A stretch of 60,798 nucleotides of DNA, the filler included, from Dirinaria sp. TL-2023a (Eukaryota), in assembly GCA_051941275.1 (NCBI GenBank). It is 13 parts of 13 records of this genome, joined end to end, with 100 filler letters (N's around TTAATTAATTAA, not from the genome) between each part and the next. Parts side by side here need not be neighbours in the genome. Positions count along the whole stretch, not along the records: positions 23,542 to 28,144 come from JAVEBF010001819.1; positions 28,245 to 32,844 come from JAVEBF010001820.1; positions 32,945 to 37,534 come from JAVEBF010001821.1; 10 more parts are not named here. One strand, given 5' to 3'. The position numbers were made by a program, and so were the translations under genes. Below, piece after piece: positions 23,670 through 36,498 of this stretch. The number at the start of each line of letters is the position of its first letter. The first letter of the stretch is position 1. The notes below the pieces were generated by a model, which was given only the letters and a program-made list of their open reading frames with translations, did no database searches and was not told where the DNA came from.

Positions 23670-26600
23670 ATGTCAAGTTTGCCAGAAGTCATGGAAACCG
23701 ACCCAGACATCAAATTACAGAAGGTCTCCAGGGACCTGATCAAGGACTTCGAAACCTCCTTGGGCTTCTATTTGAATAACAAGAAGTTTGTAAGGCATAG
23801 CAAAACGGAGTTTCTGATCAAGCTCCTCGAACCTTTTCAGGAATGGCCACAGCTACTGGATCCACACCTCAGCCGGCTTGTAACACCGATCATATCAGCA
23901 TATCTTGATTACTTAACTACGAGGATCGATTTATATACCCAAACTGTGAGACAAACGTCTACTGATACAATCCCGCTGCCTCGCGGTATTTGTAAGCTGC
24001 TCTACACTTTCTGCAAAATAAGAGGCTACAAAGTTATTAGCAATTATCTCAGCAATGAACCGAAGTATGTCGAGCCCATACTGTCCGCGTATCATACATG
24101 GAGTCAGCTCCATGTGCCCAACAGCGAAGATCAACCATCAGTGCAAGTTATGGGTTGGGAAGAAAAATATATCATACTGCTGTGGATTTCCCACCTCATG
24201 CTTACACCCTTTGATCTGGTACTAATCTCGGACGACCACTTTAAGGGACACTTGGCTAAACCCAGCATTCTACCAGCAAAATTGCCTTCAGGCGCTGGAT
24301 ATGTTACGCAAATTGCTATGGCTAGCCTCGGTTCACCGAGCAAAGAGAGAGATGCAGCAAAAATCCTCCTTGTAAGAATGGTTCTGCGGCCGGATATGCA
24401 TTCATTTGGGCTCTTGAAAGTTGTCTTGGACTGGGCATTGACGTCTGTATCCGAGGAAGCATCCAATGAGGCTGCGAGGTCAATTTATGGTCACGTTGGC
24501 GTGCTTTCTTTCCTTGCTGGAGTGGTGTCTTCGTCGGATTCAAATGTTATCGAGCCCCATCTTCCACCCATTCTCAAAACCCTGCAGTCGATAGTCAAAG
24601 AAGGGACATCGCAGAACAGAGAAATTCATTCTTCAGCTCTCTCCCGTAAATTGGTCGTAAAGACAATGCGGGCCATAGCGCTTCAAAACTTGCATCTGCA
24701 ATCGGAGAAATCCTTGCAGATGTCACAGTTCGGTGAGGACTGGCTTGAAGAAATTATTGACTATCTGCTCACCAGTCTGGCCGACAAAGACACACCGGTT
24801 CGATTTGCAGCAAGCAAGGCGCTAAGCATCATCGCAGCTAACCTCAATCCTGTGCTAGCCGCTAATATTGTTGAAGCGGTTGTGGAAAGTTTGGAAGAGG
24901 ACGTATTGTGGGAGGATGTAGCAACTGGGTTGACAATTACCAACCAGGAACTTCGGAATTCTAAGCCGAAGTCTGTCAGACGCAACCTGACTGCGGTCAA
25001 TTCACTACGCTGGCATGGACTGGTCCTCACATTGTCCCAGTTGCTATTCCGCCGTTCGCCTCCCGTAGATCAATTGCCGAATATTTTGAATGCCCTGATA
25101 CTTGCGCTTGGATTTGAACAGCGATCTGCTGTTGGTACCTCTGTCGGAACAAGCGTTCGTGATGCAGCTTGTTTTGGTATATGGTCACTGGCTAGAAGAT
25201 ATACTACGAACGAACTGCTCGAGGTGGACACTTCATTAATACGAGCTGCCAGTCATCAGCAGCAGTCACTCTCCATCCTCCAAATCCTCGCCAACGAAAT
25301 TATTGTTGCAGCCTGCTTGGACCCAGCAGGGAACATCCGCCGAGGATCTTCTGCCGCCTTGCAGGAGCTGATCGGTCGACATCCTGATACAATAGAAGAA
25401 GGCATCTCTGTGGTTCAGATTGTAGACTACCACGCTGTAGCTTTGCGTTCACGTGCCATGATAGAGGTATGCCTGGGTGCTTCGCGCCTCAGCTCGCTGT
25501 ACTGGCAAGTCTTACTAGACGGCCTTCTTGGTTGGAGTGGCATTGGTTCTCCAGATGCGCAGTCTCGACGAGATGCTGCTACAGCAATTGGAGAGCTGTC
25601 TCGCAAGTCGATCGAAGAATGCGCGTCTTCGGTTCAGCAGGTATTGGGTCAAACGGCAAGTCGAGAAGTTGAGAAACGGCATGGTGTTACCTTATCACTG
25701 GCTGCGATTCTGCGCATGATTCGTGCATTAGACGAAGCCGGTTCACTGGGAGATACCTTACCCACTGTAGCTGTGAGCCCTTCATGGTTTGATAATTTTG
25801 TTGTTTCAGAAAAAGAGTTCATGACAGCTCTTTCTCGTCCGCAGTTGATTGCTGAAGCATCCTGTGCACTGATCTCGGCATATGGTTCGCTTCGCCACTG
25901 TTCTCCCGCCATCGCTGGCCCCGTGTCTCGCAATTTTAGAGTTCACATGGGGAAGATTGTCCGGCTACTACACCTGTCACAACGGCGTACGGAGGAAGTA
26001 GTGATCGATGCCGTCGCTGCAGCTGCAAAGGAAGTGATTCATGCCTGCGATGTCAATTTTCGAAGTGATCTGATTCAAAGTTGGTTGTCGGACATTAACA
26101 ATAGGAAAGCGAGACAAAAACCTTACGCTACAATTGCTGCACTCGGTGCTGCATATGAGATGCTGACTTCTGACGACCTCATGCCAGCTTGTATAATTAC
26201 AAGATTGTTAAGCCTGTTGGGACCAGAGATTGAGATTGAAACTCGGATCTGGACTGTCAGAAGCTTGAAGACTTGTATGATATCGGACAGAGTGAAGACG
26301 CAGAAGGAAAGAGGCCATATATATGACGAAGCCGAAGGTTTTACACTTGTCTCAGACAAGATTTTTCCAGGAATTTGCCAGTGCATGGACGATTATACTA
26401 CTGACCAGCGAGGTGACATCGGCTCTCTTCTCCGCATTGAAGCTATCTGTTCAGCGAACGAACTCTTGCAGCATCTTTATGATCAACAGCTACAGCCAGC
26501 TGTCAGGATTGGCCTTCTTCACAGACTGCTCCGTCTTGCTGCAGAGAAGCTTGACAAAGTGCGCAACCACGCATGGCAATGTCTTGTCGAGAACCAAAAT

Positions 26601-27575
26601 ATTTTCTTTCCTGGACAGTAAGTTCCTATTGCCGCTTCACGCAGCTTCGATTGACTCAAATACTTTAGTCTCAGCATGCAGGGCTTCCCCTCCACCTCAT
26701 CGCATGAATATTTCACATTTCTTCTCAATCTCAACACTACAGACCCTTCGGTTTTGGAACCTATCCTAACCGGCATGATCACATCCGCAAGCGCTGGCAC
26801 GGAATCGCTTCTCTCCGCCTCTCGCTCCGCATTAGCATTCTATATCGGCAACGTCTCCCCAAGCCAGCTCTGCAATCTCCTCTCCATCCTTATAGAGCTT
26901 GTCACATCGAACCGGAATCACGACCGACTTCTCCTTCCCGCTTTGGAGACCTTAGCCTATTTAGGCGAAATCAATGCTTTTGAGCATGTCGACACCACTC
27001 AATCCTCATCGTGGGTGCCAAAATTTCTTCCACTTTCCATATCTAAGAATCCAGAAACTAATACTTTTTAAACAGCAGCTCCACTTGGAGTTCCCTCCTG
27101 GACGTTCTCGAAAAATCTCATCCTCGGTCCAAATCCTCCACCAACATCCGCAAAACCCTCGCTTGCGTCTCTTGCTACAGTTCACTCGCCCACGTTCAAA
27201 ATCCCCAGACCCGCCGCACGGCCTTTTCCCGCCTTACTACTTTTCTGCTTCATCCTTTCCCAAAAGTGCGTAGATTTACAAGCCCCCCGCCCTCTTCGTT
27301 CTTCTAAAAGCTATTTGCCCCACTATTCAGAGCCATGAACAAGGAAGGACTCGGCTTACCCCTCCCGCACGAAATCTCCAATGTAGTAACCATACTCCTC
27401 AAAGGCTAACCTTCTCCGGCTTATTTTTCATATCCAGATCAGCACCGCAGCATCCGACGCACTATTCCTGCACTTCCACGTCCACTGTCCTGAAGGACCC
27501 GATCTCGATCCAACCGCAGGGTTGCCCGCCAAGTACGGTATCAAGGTAAGGGAAATACATAGGCAAGCAATATAG
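23670..27575 (+). CDS. TBCD: Tubulin-folding cofactor D (HEAT-repeat, Cin1/Alp1 family), 4 exons
   Basis: LEPFQEWPQLLDPHL, KLLYTFCKIRGYK, DKDTPVRFAASK, SVRDAACFGIWSLARRY, NIRRGSSAALQELIGRH, DYTTDQRGDIGS, RLAAEKLDKVR and LLHPFPK. Donors at 26618, about 27011 and about 27267. Last exon 27438-27575. Start could instead be ATG 23691. Confidence 0.95.
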
Positions 27576-30500
27576 CCAAGCTGCATCTTAATGACCCTTG
27601 GTTCTTGTTCCGCTCTGCATCTCGCGGCGCTCGGCTTGTCCAACTTTTCTTGAGTCATCATATGCGATCTTTCAGTTTTGCATTTCTCGGGACCTTTAGA
27701 CTCATGCTTTGGCTTCTGATCCTTATGCTCCAAGTTCGCAATGCTGGACCTATCTTCTTCTCTGCCTTAGCTTCTTATACCCCTCTTTCTTTCTTCACCT
27801 TCTCACAACAGCCTCAGCAACATTTATTGGAATCTATTTCCTTGAGAGAATGAACTCAAAAGACATGCCAGAACAAGTGCCAGTTTCTGGCTGGATGATA
27901 CTTCTCAATTACACCTTGTCCCGTTTCTTTTTTTTTTTTTTTTTTTTTTTTTGGAAATCTAAGAACGTTGAATTAAGGTCTTGTGGGTCAGTTCCCCAAG
28001 AGTGAGAAGGAAATACGAAATTAGAAGCTAATAAATGAAACAGCGGTTTCCTTTTACTTGATCATGTATCATAGTACAGAACTCCATTCGAAAAACGATG
28101 TAACCCCACCAAGGAATAATATCCATCACTCAGTAATCTACATCNNNNNNNNNNNNNNNNNNNNNNNNNNNNNNNNNNNNNNNNNNNNTTAATTAATTAA
28201 NNNNNNNNNNNNNNNNNNNNNNNNNNNNNNNNNNNNNNNNNNNNGCTTTGAGTACTCGTTTTGAATCATGTACTGAGATAAGCGGACTGCATATTTTTTT
28301 CTTTTTTTCTTTTTCGGATCTCTGCGTATAATCGAGGATTATTCTTGTATCGCGGGATCTGATCGAAAACTTCTTTTTTTCCTTCCCTCTTCTCATCAGT
28401 TATCAGAATTTCGCTAATTTTGTTATACGGGAGCAATTTCACTGAAGAAAAGACAGGAAACTAGCTGTAAGGATGGTTCGTTGGAAAAAGTAAAACGGCG
28501 TCTAAACGTCTCAGCACGAGCAGGGGATATCGCGCACTTAGCTAGGTTTTGACACTGTTTTTGATACTGCGGAAAAATCGATTAGCAGAAACTCCTCTCG
28601 AAGCTTGGAGCTTGGTATTCTGCTTTTTGTTTCCCGTCACTATGTGTGTATGTGTGGAGATTGCTCGGAAATGAAGGTTGGCTGGATAACAGGGACGATT
28701 ACTAGAAAGGGTGGGTATTTTGCTAGAGGGAGAGGCCCGTATGCAAGCAAAACACAGCACAATTGTTGAAGCGTGTGCGGTGCAATATCTGGCATTAATT
28801 GACTGAGCAGGTGAAGTTCTAAGTCCACAGCAAGGTGCCGATTTTAATGGTAAACCGGTGCTTGCGGCATCCTATGCCTAATTATTCCTGGCATCCATAA
28901 AGCGACCCATAAAGCATTTCTCCAACAAGTTGCAGCATACCGCTTACCTTTCAACAAATCCAGCAATTGATTTAAACAGTAGGGTTTACCAAAGGTGCAA
29001 ACGGTGACACATTCTGGGACTAGAATTAAAGTTCTGTCCATTGTCAGCGCATTGATCAACTCGGTGGCTTCTCGAGACCATCTAATTAGATAAGCAAATG
29101 GGGTTGCAGTGAAGAGTGAAATTGGTTGTATGCAGATGTGAACGAGATCGGAACCTCAATTCTCAGACGAATTAGCTATGTGCCAGGTTTGTCCTTCTCG
29201 ACACACACACAGAGCATATTCTGGCGCAGTTTTTGGATCCATCGAGAAGCTTTTTCCTACGGTTTCAGCATTTTGTGACCAATTCCCACGACTTGAGAAG
29301 GGTTTGATCATAGACCTTGTTCCTTTGCAACATCAATTCAACCTACAACTTCTTCCACGAGTTTAGCTACGATTCGCCATCGCCGTGATACACATAGACG
29401 CGAGAAGAAGAGTTTGAGAGGCTCCCTTTGATCCCAGTAGAAAGCTTGCAAAGTCGTGAGCAGACGAGATCTTGACCCCAATTTTTGTTTCTTCTAAAGT
29501 TCCAGCTGAAGGCACATACTTACCACCAAGATCAGGATCTTCGATGAAAGATGGGAGTTATTGATGCGCTTTCGGCTTGAGACCTTTCAACGGATGGGGA
29601 CAGCAGACTCAGGCAAAACGATGCGCTGCGCGAATGTGCCGCGTTATCATTTTTGATTACTCCTCTTCACGATCCATCAAACGAAACATGCTCGGGATTT
29701 GAGGACCAAAATTCTTCGTTCAAAGCCATTCAGCCAAGCTCCTTGATTCGCAGATCGTCGATTCCATTCAAGTCAAAGGCTGCAAGAGACGTGGGATCCA
29801 GTACCGATTGAGGTTGTGATCGGAAGAGAAAGGTGCATGCCACGGCTCCCTAGAATTGGCATTCTGTTACGCAATATTAATATTGAGCTATCCTAGGACA
29901 CGTCAGCTCTGCACCAGCCCAGCTCTTGTCGGAAATGGCTTTGTCGATGGAGCTAAGAGCGATGAGATGCCATTATTCTCGTAAGGTATTTGGACGCTGC
30001 GCGCTCTCTCAAACCCGAGCACCTCGTGTAATCTATGTGAGCACATACGGGGGTGGGTGGAAGCACATTACCGTTCTTTCTCCCATCCAGCACACTCATT
30101 GGTTGAACCTCATCACCCATACCTTTTGACCAGGTCTAGCGCACCCGACTCTCGGGACATCAACAGGCACACAATCTGTTGATGGGTTAGCATCCCGTAC
30201 AGAGGTGGTTCACGGACGAGTGAAGCTCGGGCATATCCGCGACCCATTCACAATTCTTAGGTTCTCGCCATAGTACCGCAAGCGCTACTGCTCTAGATGT
30301 GGGGTCCCCACGCGCTATGGCCTTTTTAGCGTTCCGGTTCTCCTGACTTCTGCATGGAGGGTGAGGGAGGCTCGCGGTTTGTAGAAGAATCCGGAGAATT
30401 TAGGCGAATGCCAGGTTGCTTAGTCATCATGGACTAACTAGATTGGCCTTCGTTGCTCGTACCTCGCAACCCATTACCTTACTGTCTACATCCTTCCGCT

Positions 30501-31811
30501 CTCAGAAGCATCGGCAGTCACGTCTGTGATATGTTTTGACTCGCGCGACAGCTTGTTTGCACATTTCTTTGATCACAAGAACAACTCGGGCTATTTCGAG
30601 TATGGAGATGACGACATCGCTATTTTGCTATCATACGGGCTATGGCAGTGCACATGGTATGGTGGGTAATGATATGGATACAAGCTATGAAAGGGAAAAA
30701 GAAGAGGTACATGTACCTATGGTGGGAGGGACGGGGCTTAACCCGCCAAAACAGTGCCTCTGCAGCAGCAAACCCAATTCAAATGTCTATCCTCTGGATC
30801 CATGTTCATTCCACCACTTTGTTCGCTAAAATATGCAAACATCTCAAGCCTCTTCTTCAGTGGTTTGAGAAATGTCACATCTCGAATTTCACATCTCGAT
30901 GACGCGCTGCAGGTCCATCTGCGTCTAAAATGGTGCCCCAAGTATGTTCAAAAACATGCAATCGGTGATCAACAGTCGGTGAACTCCAGGATGAATTGCA
31001 GACGACTGAATCATTGCAAACGGCCGTATCCACTCGGCCCCACGCTAAATATCTCAATGCTTCTCATGTACCGCATCCGCTTCGATCGACAACATCGCAT
31101 CGAACATGGTCTGTGTCAATTTGACCCGCTCCTACCGTAAACAAAGTCGCAGTCTTGGATCACCATGCTGTCCAAGAAGGGCCGAATACTGTACCCTGGA
31201 TGCTGGCTGGACAGGATTGCTGCCATGCTCCTCGGCTTATCCTGAAGAAAGAAAAGGTGCTTTCGATGCCATCCGGGAATAGGTTAACACCCATTACTGA
31301 GTTGGGTCTCGCCGGCGCCAGAGGCCACTTATAGGAGGAATTCGCATCAAATGAGCTGCCTCTAGCTCCAACTGCTCCATCGACCTGTGTGGTGGCCGAC
31401 ACATGGAATAGACGCGTGGGCAAAAGAACGCTGCCGAAATGTACAATTGATGTCTTGATAAAGCAATTGAGGGAGCCTGAGAAGACACTAGGAAGCTCTA
31501 CATGTCTCTAAAACTGCCCACCAACGACACTGCCATACGTATTGAGAAAGGCAATGCGCGCTCAACGCTCTCTCGCCATTATGTAATGTTTCAAGGTAGC
31601 ATCGCCCCCAAGCCATCTGGCATGCACAGAAGCGACCTGACATATCTGTATATCAAGCGGGGTAGTAATAGCCACACGGAGTGGCCGATACCAAGGCCAT
31701 GGCATGCTGTGACTGCATTACAGTCCCGACATCTAGACATTTTCGCCTGGCCAAATTAAACCATGCCTAGATCGCCGCCGGTAATTTCGCTCTCTGTTGG
31801 TCTTCTTTGTC

Positions 31812-31818
31812 TATAAAA
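31812..31818 (+). promoter_or_regulatory. Putative TATA box of the Cys-rich secreted protein gene
   Basis: TATAAAA about 140 bp upstream of ATG 31955, followed by a pyrimidine-rich tract. Confidence 0.5.
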
Positions 31819-31954
31819 AGAGGATGACCCTCCCCCTTCTTCAGTCCAGCAAGCCTCTCAGCACAATCCGAAACAAGCAAAAGATCTTCGCCCCTCTCAA
31901 ACTTTCCAGATCATAACAATTTCACGTTGGGCCAGCACAGCCACATCGAACAAG

Positions 31955-32440
31955 ATGAAGATCAACAGTATCATTGCTATGCTTCCAGCTCTCGTATTCA
32001 CGAAGCCTCTCACGATCTTGATCGAAAATCCTGAATCACTCCCTATTCATCAATCCGCCGGACTACTCCCTGACGGGAAGTGCCATTATGAAGGTCGGGA
32101 CTATTGTGGCAGCTGGGCCCACAGAATCGATCGTGAGTCTAAATTGCAGAGACTCGTGCACGTGTTCATCGTAAAGAGCTGACTTCTCAAAAAAGATTAT
32201 TCCTACGATTATCTCTCGAAGATTTGTAAAGAGGATGACCCGCCGGATCATTGCGACACAGAGGACGATTTCGATCACCTCAATAATACTCTGTACAGGT
32301 GCGAGTTTGGGAACAAACTGGAGAAGATCGAATGGTGCGCGCGCGGTTGCCGTGAATCCGGGGCTGGGGATCTCGATGATCGATGCACAGAACAATTCGC
32401 CCAAGGCACCTCCGGGGGTGTGGTGCGCATTCAGGTGTAG
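31955..32440 (+). CDS. Small secreted cysteine-rich protein (140 aa, 8 Cys); exons 31955-32132, 32196-32440
   Basis: Signal-peptide-like MKINSIIAMLPALVFT. GTGAGT/CTGAC/AAG intron. Spliced product includes KCHYEGRDYCGS..ICK..HCD..LYRCE..WCARGCRESGAGDLDDRC. Confidence 0.8.
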
Positions 32441-33076
32441 GGCACCCAAACGCCATGCAAACTTCGAGCTAGTAGGAGTGGAGCTACAAGCTCCTTGAGA
32501 GGGAAAGTGCTGCGGTTTTCGACCACTTGCGCCTGAGGAAGATGCAATCACATACATGTTTTTTCTGCAACATTGTACCCTTACTCCACACTCCTTTTGA
32601 ACCTAGGTAGGCTAGTTTAAACCAACAACCGCTGCTCAGCATACACCTTTATCCCCCCTTTTTTACCTGCAATTACATATTGGAAAATGTTCTAAACTTG
32701 ATGATGACGCCTAAGGAATGATAAATCCTATCTATGGGATATAACCCAATACAGATACGGTGGGCACCTGGTGTTTGCCCATCATGAAAGAAAATTCAAA
32801 GAGATTTATGAAAATAAACCATACTGGGAAGGATTGGCCACAATNNNNNNNNNNNNNNNNNNNNNNNNNNNNNNNNNNNNNNNNNNNNTTAATTAATTAA
32901 NNNNNNNNNNNNNNNNNNNNNNNNNNNNNNNNNNNNNNNNNNNNCTCCCTGCCAGCCTCCCCCTACCCTTCTCTAAAAGGAAAAAAATACGACAATAAAT
33001 AAATCTTTCTTCGAAGAAGAACTCTTCTATCTATATAGATTGAGGTAAAATAAAAGAAAGAAAAAATAAAAAGGAA

Positions 33077-33162
33077 AGGTCGTACTGAGACTCGAACTCA
33101 GGTTGCTCGGAAAAGGTTTTTTGTATCAGAACCGAGAGTGCTAACCTCTACACCATACAACC
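33077..33162 (-). tRNA. tRNA-Gln(CTG) with 14-nt intron
   Basis: Acceptor stem GGTTGTA/TACGACC. Anticodon stem CTCGG/CCGAG around TT-CTG-A plus intron. T-arm CTGAG-TTCGAGT-CTCAG. Downstream oligo-T Pol III terminator. Confidence 0.93.
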
Positions 33163-34053
33163 GGTTTTTAATTTTAAGAAGGATTTTAAAAATATATAGG
33201 AAAAAAAAAGAGGGAGGACAGAGGGCTTTTGGACGCAGGCAGGAAAGTATGCAGAAAGGCTTTTCGCATCAGATAGTACCATCACTAGCAGTAGTACAGA
33301 TATTCGACAAACTAAAAAAAAAAAAAAAATTCTCAATTAGGTATAGTTTGCCCTCACATCTCGGTTCGAGATGGCGAGCCTTCTAGTTCCTGATACAGTG
33401 ACTCTCCATGTTGGGTTCGCGACAAAGAGGATAAGAAGGTCGGTTTTCGATGGGTGCTCTATTGGGATTTTAATTTTCCGGCAGGTGTCTCGAGATTTAG
33501 TTGCTATACATACATACGGTTGCCTAGTGGAGTGGAGGTATCTGCGCAGAGTCTTTTCGCGGATTTTGAACACCTGACGCGAAGGCGTGGTCGGAGCTTC
33601 TGTGCCTACTATACTTACTTGTTGGATACGCGAAAAATTTTCATTTCCGATTTCGGTCCTACGATGGATACTGTAAGTATTGAGTGAAGCTATGAAGCAC
33701 CAAGGAGCATGGTCATGGCGGTCATGGAAGGAGCAGGACATCCTATCAATCTGAAACCTTCAGCAATTCTCTTGCTCGAACGCTCCTGAAAACACCAAGG
33801 CATTAGGCTTTCGTCTGTGCAAGTGTCCAAGCGATGATGCACCAATTAAAAACGCTTCATGGTCCAGACGCGACGTCCTTACTGGCCTTCGACAGGCGCT
33901 GCCCCGCATACAATATCCGACTTGACAGCCGTTGCGCCATTGAATCAAGACTAGTGAGATGTGCTGCGCAATCTCTGAATTTCTTCTTGATCCTATCAGC
34001 TGTCTAGATCTACAACTTCGACGATAGAGGAAAGGTCCTGCTGCTCGCTCGAT

Positions 34054-35422
34054 ATGACTCCGATATCATATGCCCAGGCAGGTTTCCTGTGGCTTCTCTC
34101 CACCGCACCATTGTTCCTCCGGGCCTTGCCTTCTCCAAATATCTCCGACGCAGCAATTTCGTTGATAGAACTTCCTTTTGCGCATTACAATTTCTCAGGT
34201 CCCTCCTTCAACGCCTCTGCCAGAAGAAGGACTCCTGTCTGCGACGGAGCGAGAACTGGTCGAGGATTAAGGAGATCTAGCTGCGAGGAAGCGTTTGGTC
34301 TTATACCTTCACATAGCCGCATGTTTCGATTTTCACGCAGAGACTCCGTTTTGCCAAGTGATATTCAGGTGCCGAGGAGGTATAGTAGCGGTAAGTGATG
34401 ATGCGCTTCAAGTAGAACCTGAAGTCATTATTTTACACAAGACCTTTGAGAGGCCAAGGTATTGACAATGATCGATCAGCTGACGGCACTTGCGTGATTG
34501 ATGTTTTCATACCTTCAGACGCTCCTGTTCTGGCCGAATACGCTAGATGGGATCAAGTATCGTGGGCTGCAAAAAAAGTCATAACGGGATGTATAGTTAG
34601 TCCAATGAACGACGGTGGCTACATTACACGATTAGGTATGTACAGTGCAGCTCCCATCAATGATGACAACTATCTATGCCTTCCGGCAATGCCCAGCGGA
34701 GCAAGTTTTCGATTGACGCATTGAACTGTTGTCAGAATGATTAGGATACTATAAGATGATTTTTTGACATTTACCTACCGTCTATCTCACTACAGTCGAG
34801 ATTTTAGATTTCAAGCAGTCAAGATACCCTTCGAGCTTGAACAGCTCAGATACCAATGCATGGCGTACGAAATCCATTTGCTGACTCTCAGTAGGCATGA
34901 CCGAACAAATGATAGTGAGCGTCAGCCGGTACCAACCAAATGTTCTATGTTACGGGGGTATACCTCGCCAACCCAGTTTCCATGTTGGACAGGACCTACT
35001 AGACCAGATACCAACAACCGCGGAGACGTTAATCTTCGGCTTTAACGGGCTGCCCAATGTACAAGTAGTTGTGCCAAGGTATTTTAGGGCCGAACAAAGT
35101 ATGTAAACCGGGCCTGTGCTTAAACATCTCATACCCCAGCAGAGATCGGCGTAACCATCGTCGCTTCATGATTTAAGGAGAAGAGACTGAAGTAGCGTCG
35201 ATAGGATATGCTAGCTTTGAGGCCGTTGTCGACACTATACGCCTCAGCGCACGAGGGACCTGGGTAGAACTATGGGCAGGAGCTGTAGCAATCAATGCGA
35301 TGTGTGTCGGGATGATGGGACATGCAGGTGTCGCAGTCATGCCAGAGGGACTGAAAATTACCCTGCAGCCCAGGCAGGCGGTCGCAGAGAACGGAGACGC
35401 CAATCTAAGCGCCACATCTTAG
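34054..35422 (+). CDS. Secreted two-repeat protein (about 313 aa); exons 34054-34390, 34480-34635, 34895-35098, 35178-35422
   Basis: Signal peptide. Three GT..AG introns splice in frame. Two related halves: PVC..SCEEA..IP..F..VPRRY..C..W..AA..CI..GG and NVLC..IP..FG..VPRYF..W.ELW.GAVAINAMCV..G. Confidence 0.75.
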
Positions 35423-35937
35423 AAAGCGTACGTCGTTGGAAGCTTCAGCCGATGCGGTGTGTGGATGAGTACGGCACAAGATCCTAGCGGAAGCATTAGT
35501 GATCGAACGGAAGGCCCTATCAGATTCAAATAGAGTGAGGCCCCCGAGATGCCCCTTTGCAGCCGTACAAAAGGCTTGTAATGACGATTAATTCTGATTT
35601 CAACAACTCTATAATCCGGGATAGATCCAACCAAGACTCTTATCAGCTAATAATGGGTCTAATCACAGGTAAGCGGAGTTTTTTGTCTCCTGTTCGCCAT
35701 GCGTTTCTTTGTAGTATGATCACACCGCTTCAGCTCGCTCGATTCTAGGTTTTTTAGTCTCACCATCTATCTAACACTCAAATATCTAGACATCTTGTAT
35801 GTTGAGTAGCAAAATTTGTCTCCTCGCCTACTAGGATGTTGGAGTGACTGCTGTCAAAGCAACGCCAGCAGGATGCAGGTAATCCCACCACACGCAAAAA
35901 CGCCAAAACGCCGATACAGCTTGATATGTCTCTGTTT

Positions 35938-36498
35938 TCAGTCTAGGCAAATTACTTTCATTAAAATCTTCGCCGAAAGACACTTAAGTTCCAACGCTCT
36001 TATCGGCGCATCGAGCAGAACTCTCAGCGCAATCCAGACAGTCTCCCCCGTTCCCTCATCCCAAACGAACGCATCGAACTCCGTCTCCGTGAAAGACCCT
36101 TCACGCACCATGCGCGCCAAAAGCCGCGAAAACCAGATCAATCTGTCCCACGAAATAGGCATGTTATTCAGCGTTGACCGCACGGATAATTGCAAGGAGC
36201 CCAGCGTGAGCAGGAATTCTCTTGCCGGCTGTTGAGTCTGGGAGCGCGCGAGGAACGCTCGTTCCAGTTCATGGAAGAAGTAGCCGAGACCCCAGAACGC
36301 GATGTTGTCGGCGCTGAAGGCGGTCATCAGGTCGAGGACTCGGAAATGCCACCCCAGTCCGTTGCTGAATGCCATGTTGACGCGGGGTTGGAGCGAAGGG
36401 TGTGGGAGAGCAAGCGAGGTAGGTTGGCGAGGGTGCGAGATGGTGGGGGTGATACATGATAAGAGCGCAAGGTTTTAAAGCAGACTCCGAAGGTGCAT
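35938..36498 (-). pseudogene. Secreted-protein gene with nonsense codon at position 8
   Basis: ATG 36498 is in frame with ORF 35938-36375 and reads MHLRSLL*NLALLSCITPTISHP..LQPR-VNMAFSNG. TAA at 36477-36475 interrupts the signal peptide. Confidence 0.6.

Noticed and set aside
28245..31500. Degenerate coding sequence on contig 7
   Set aside because: Protein-like fragments exist, but no family or continuous frame could be reconstructed.
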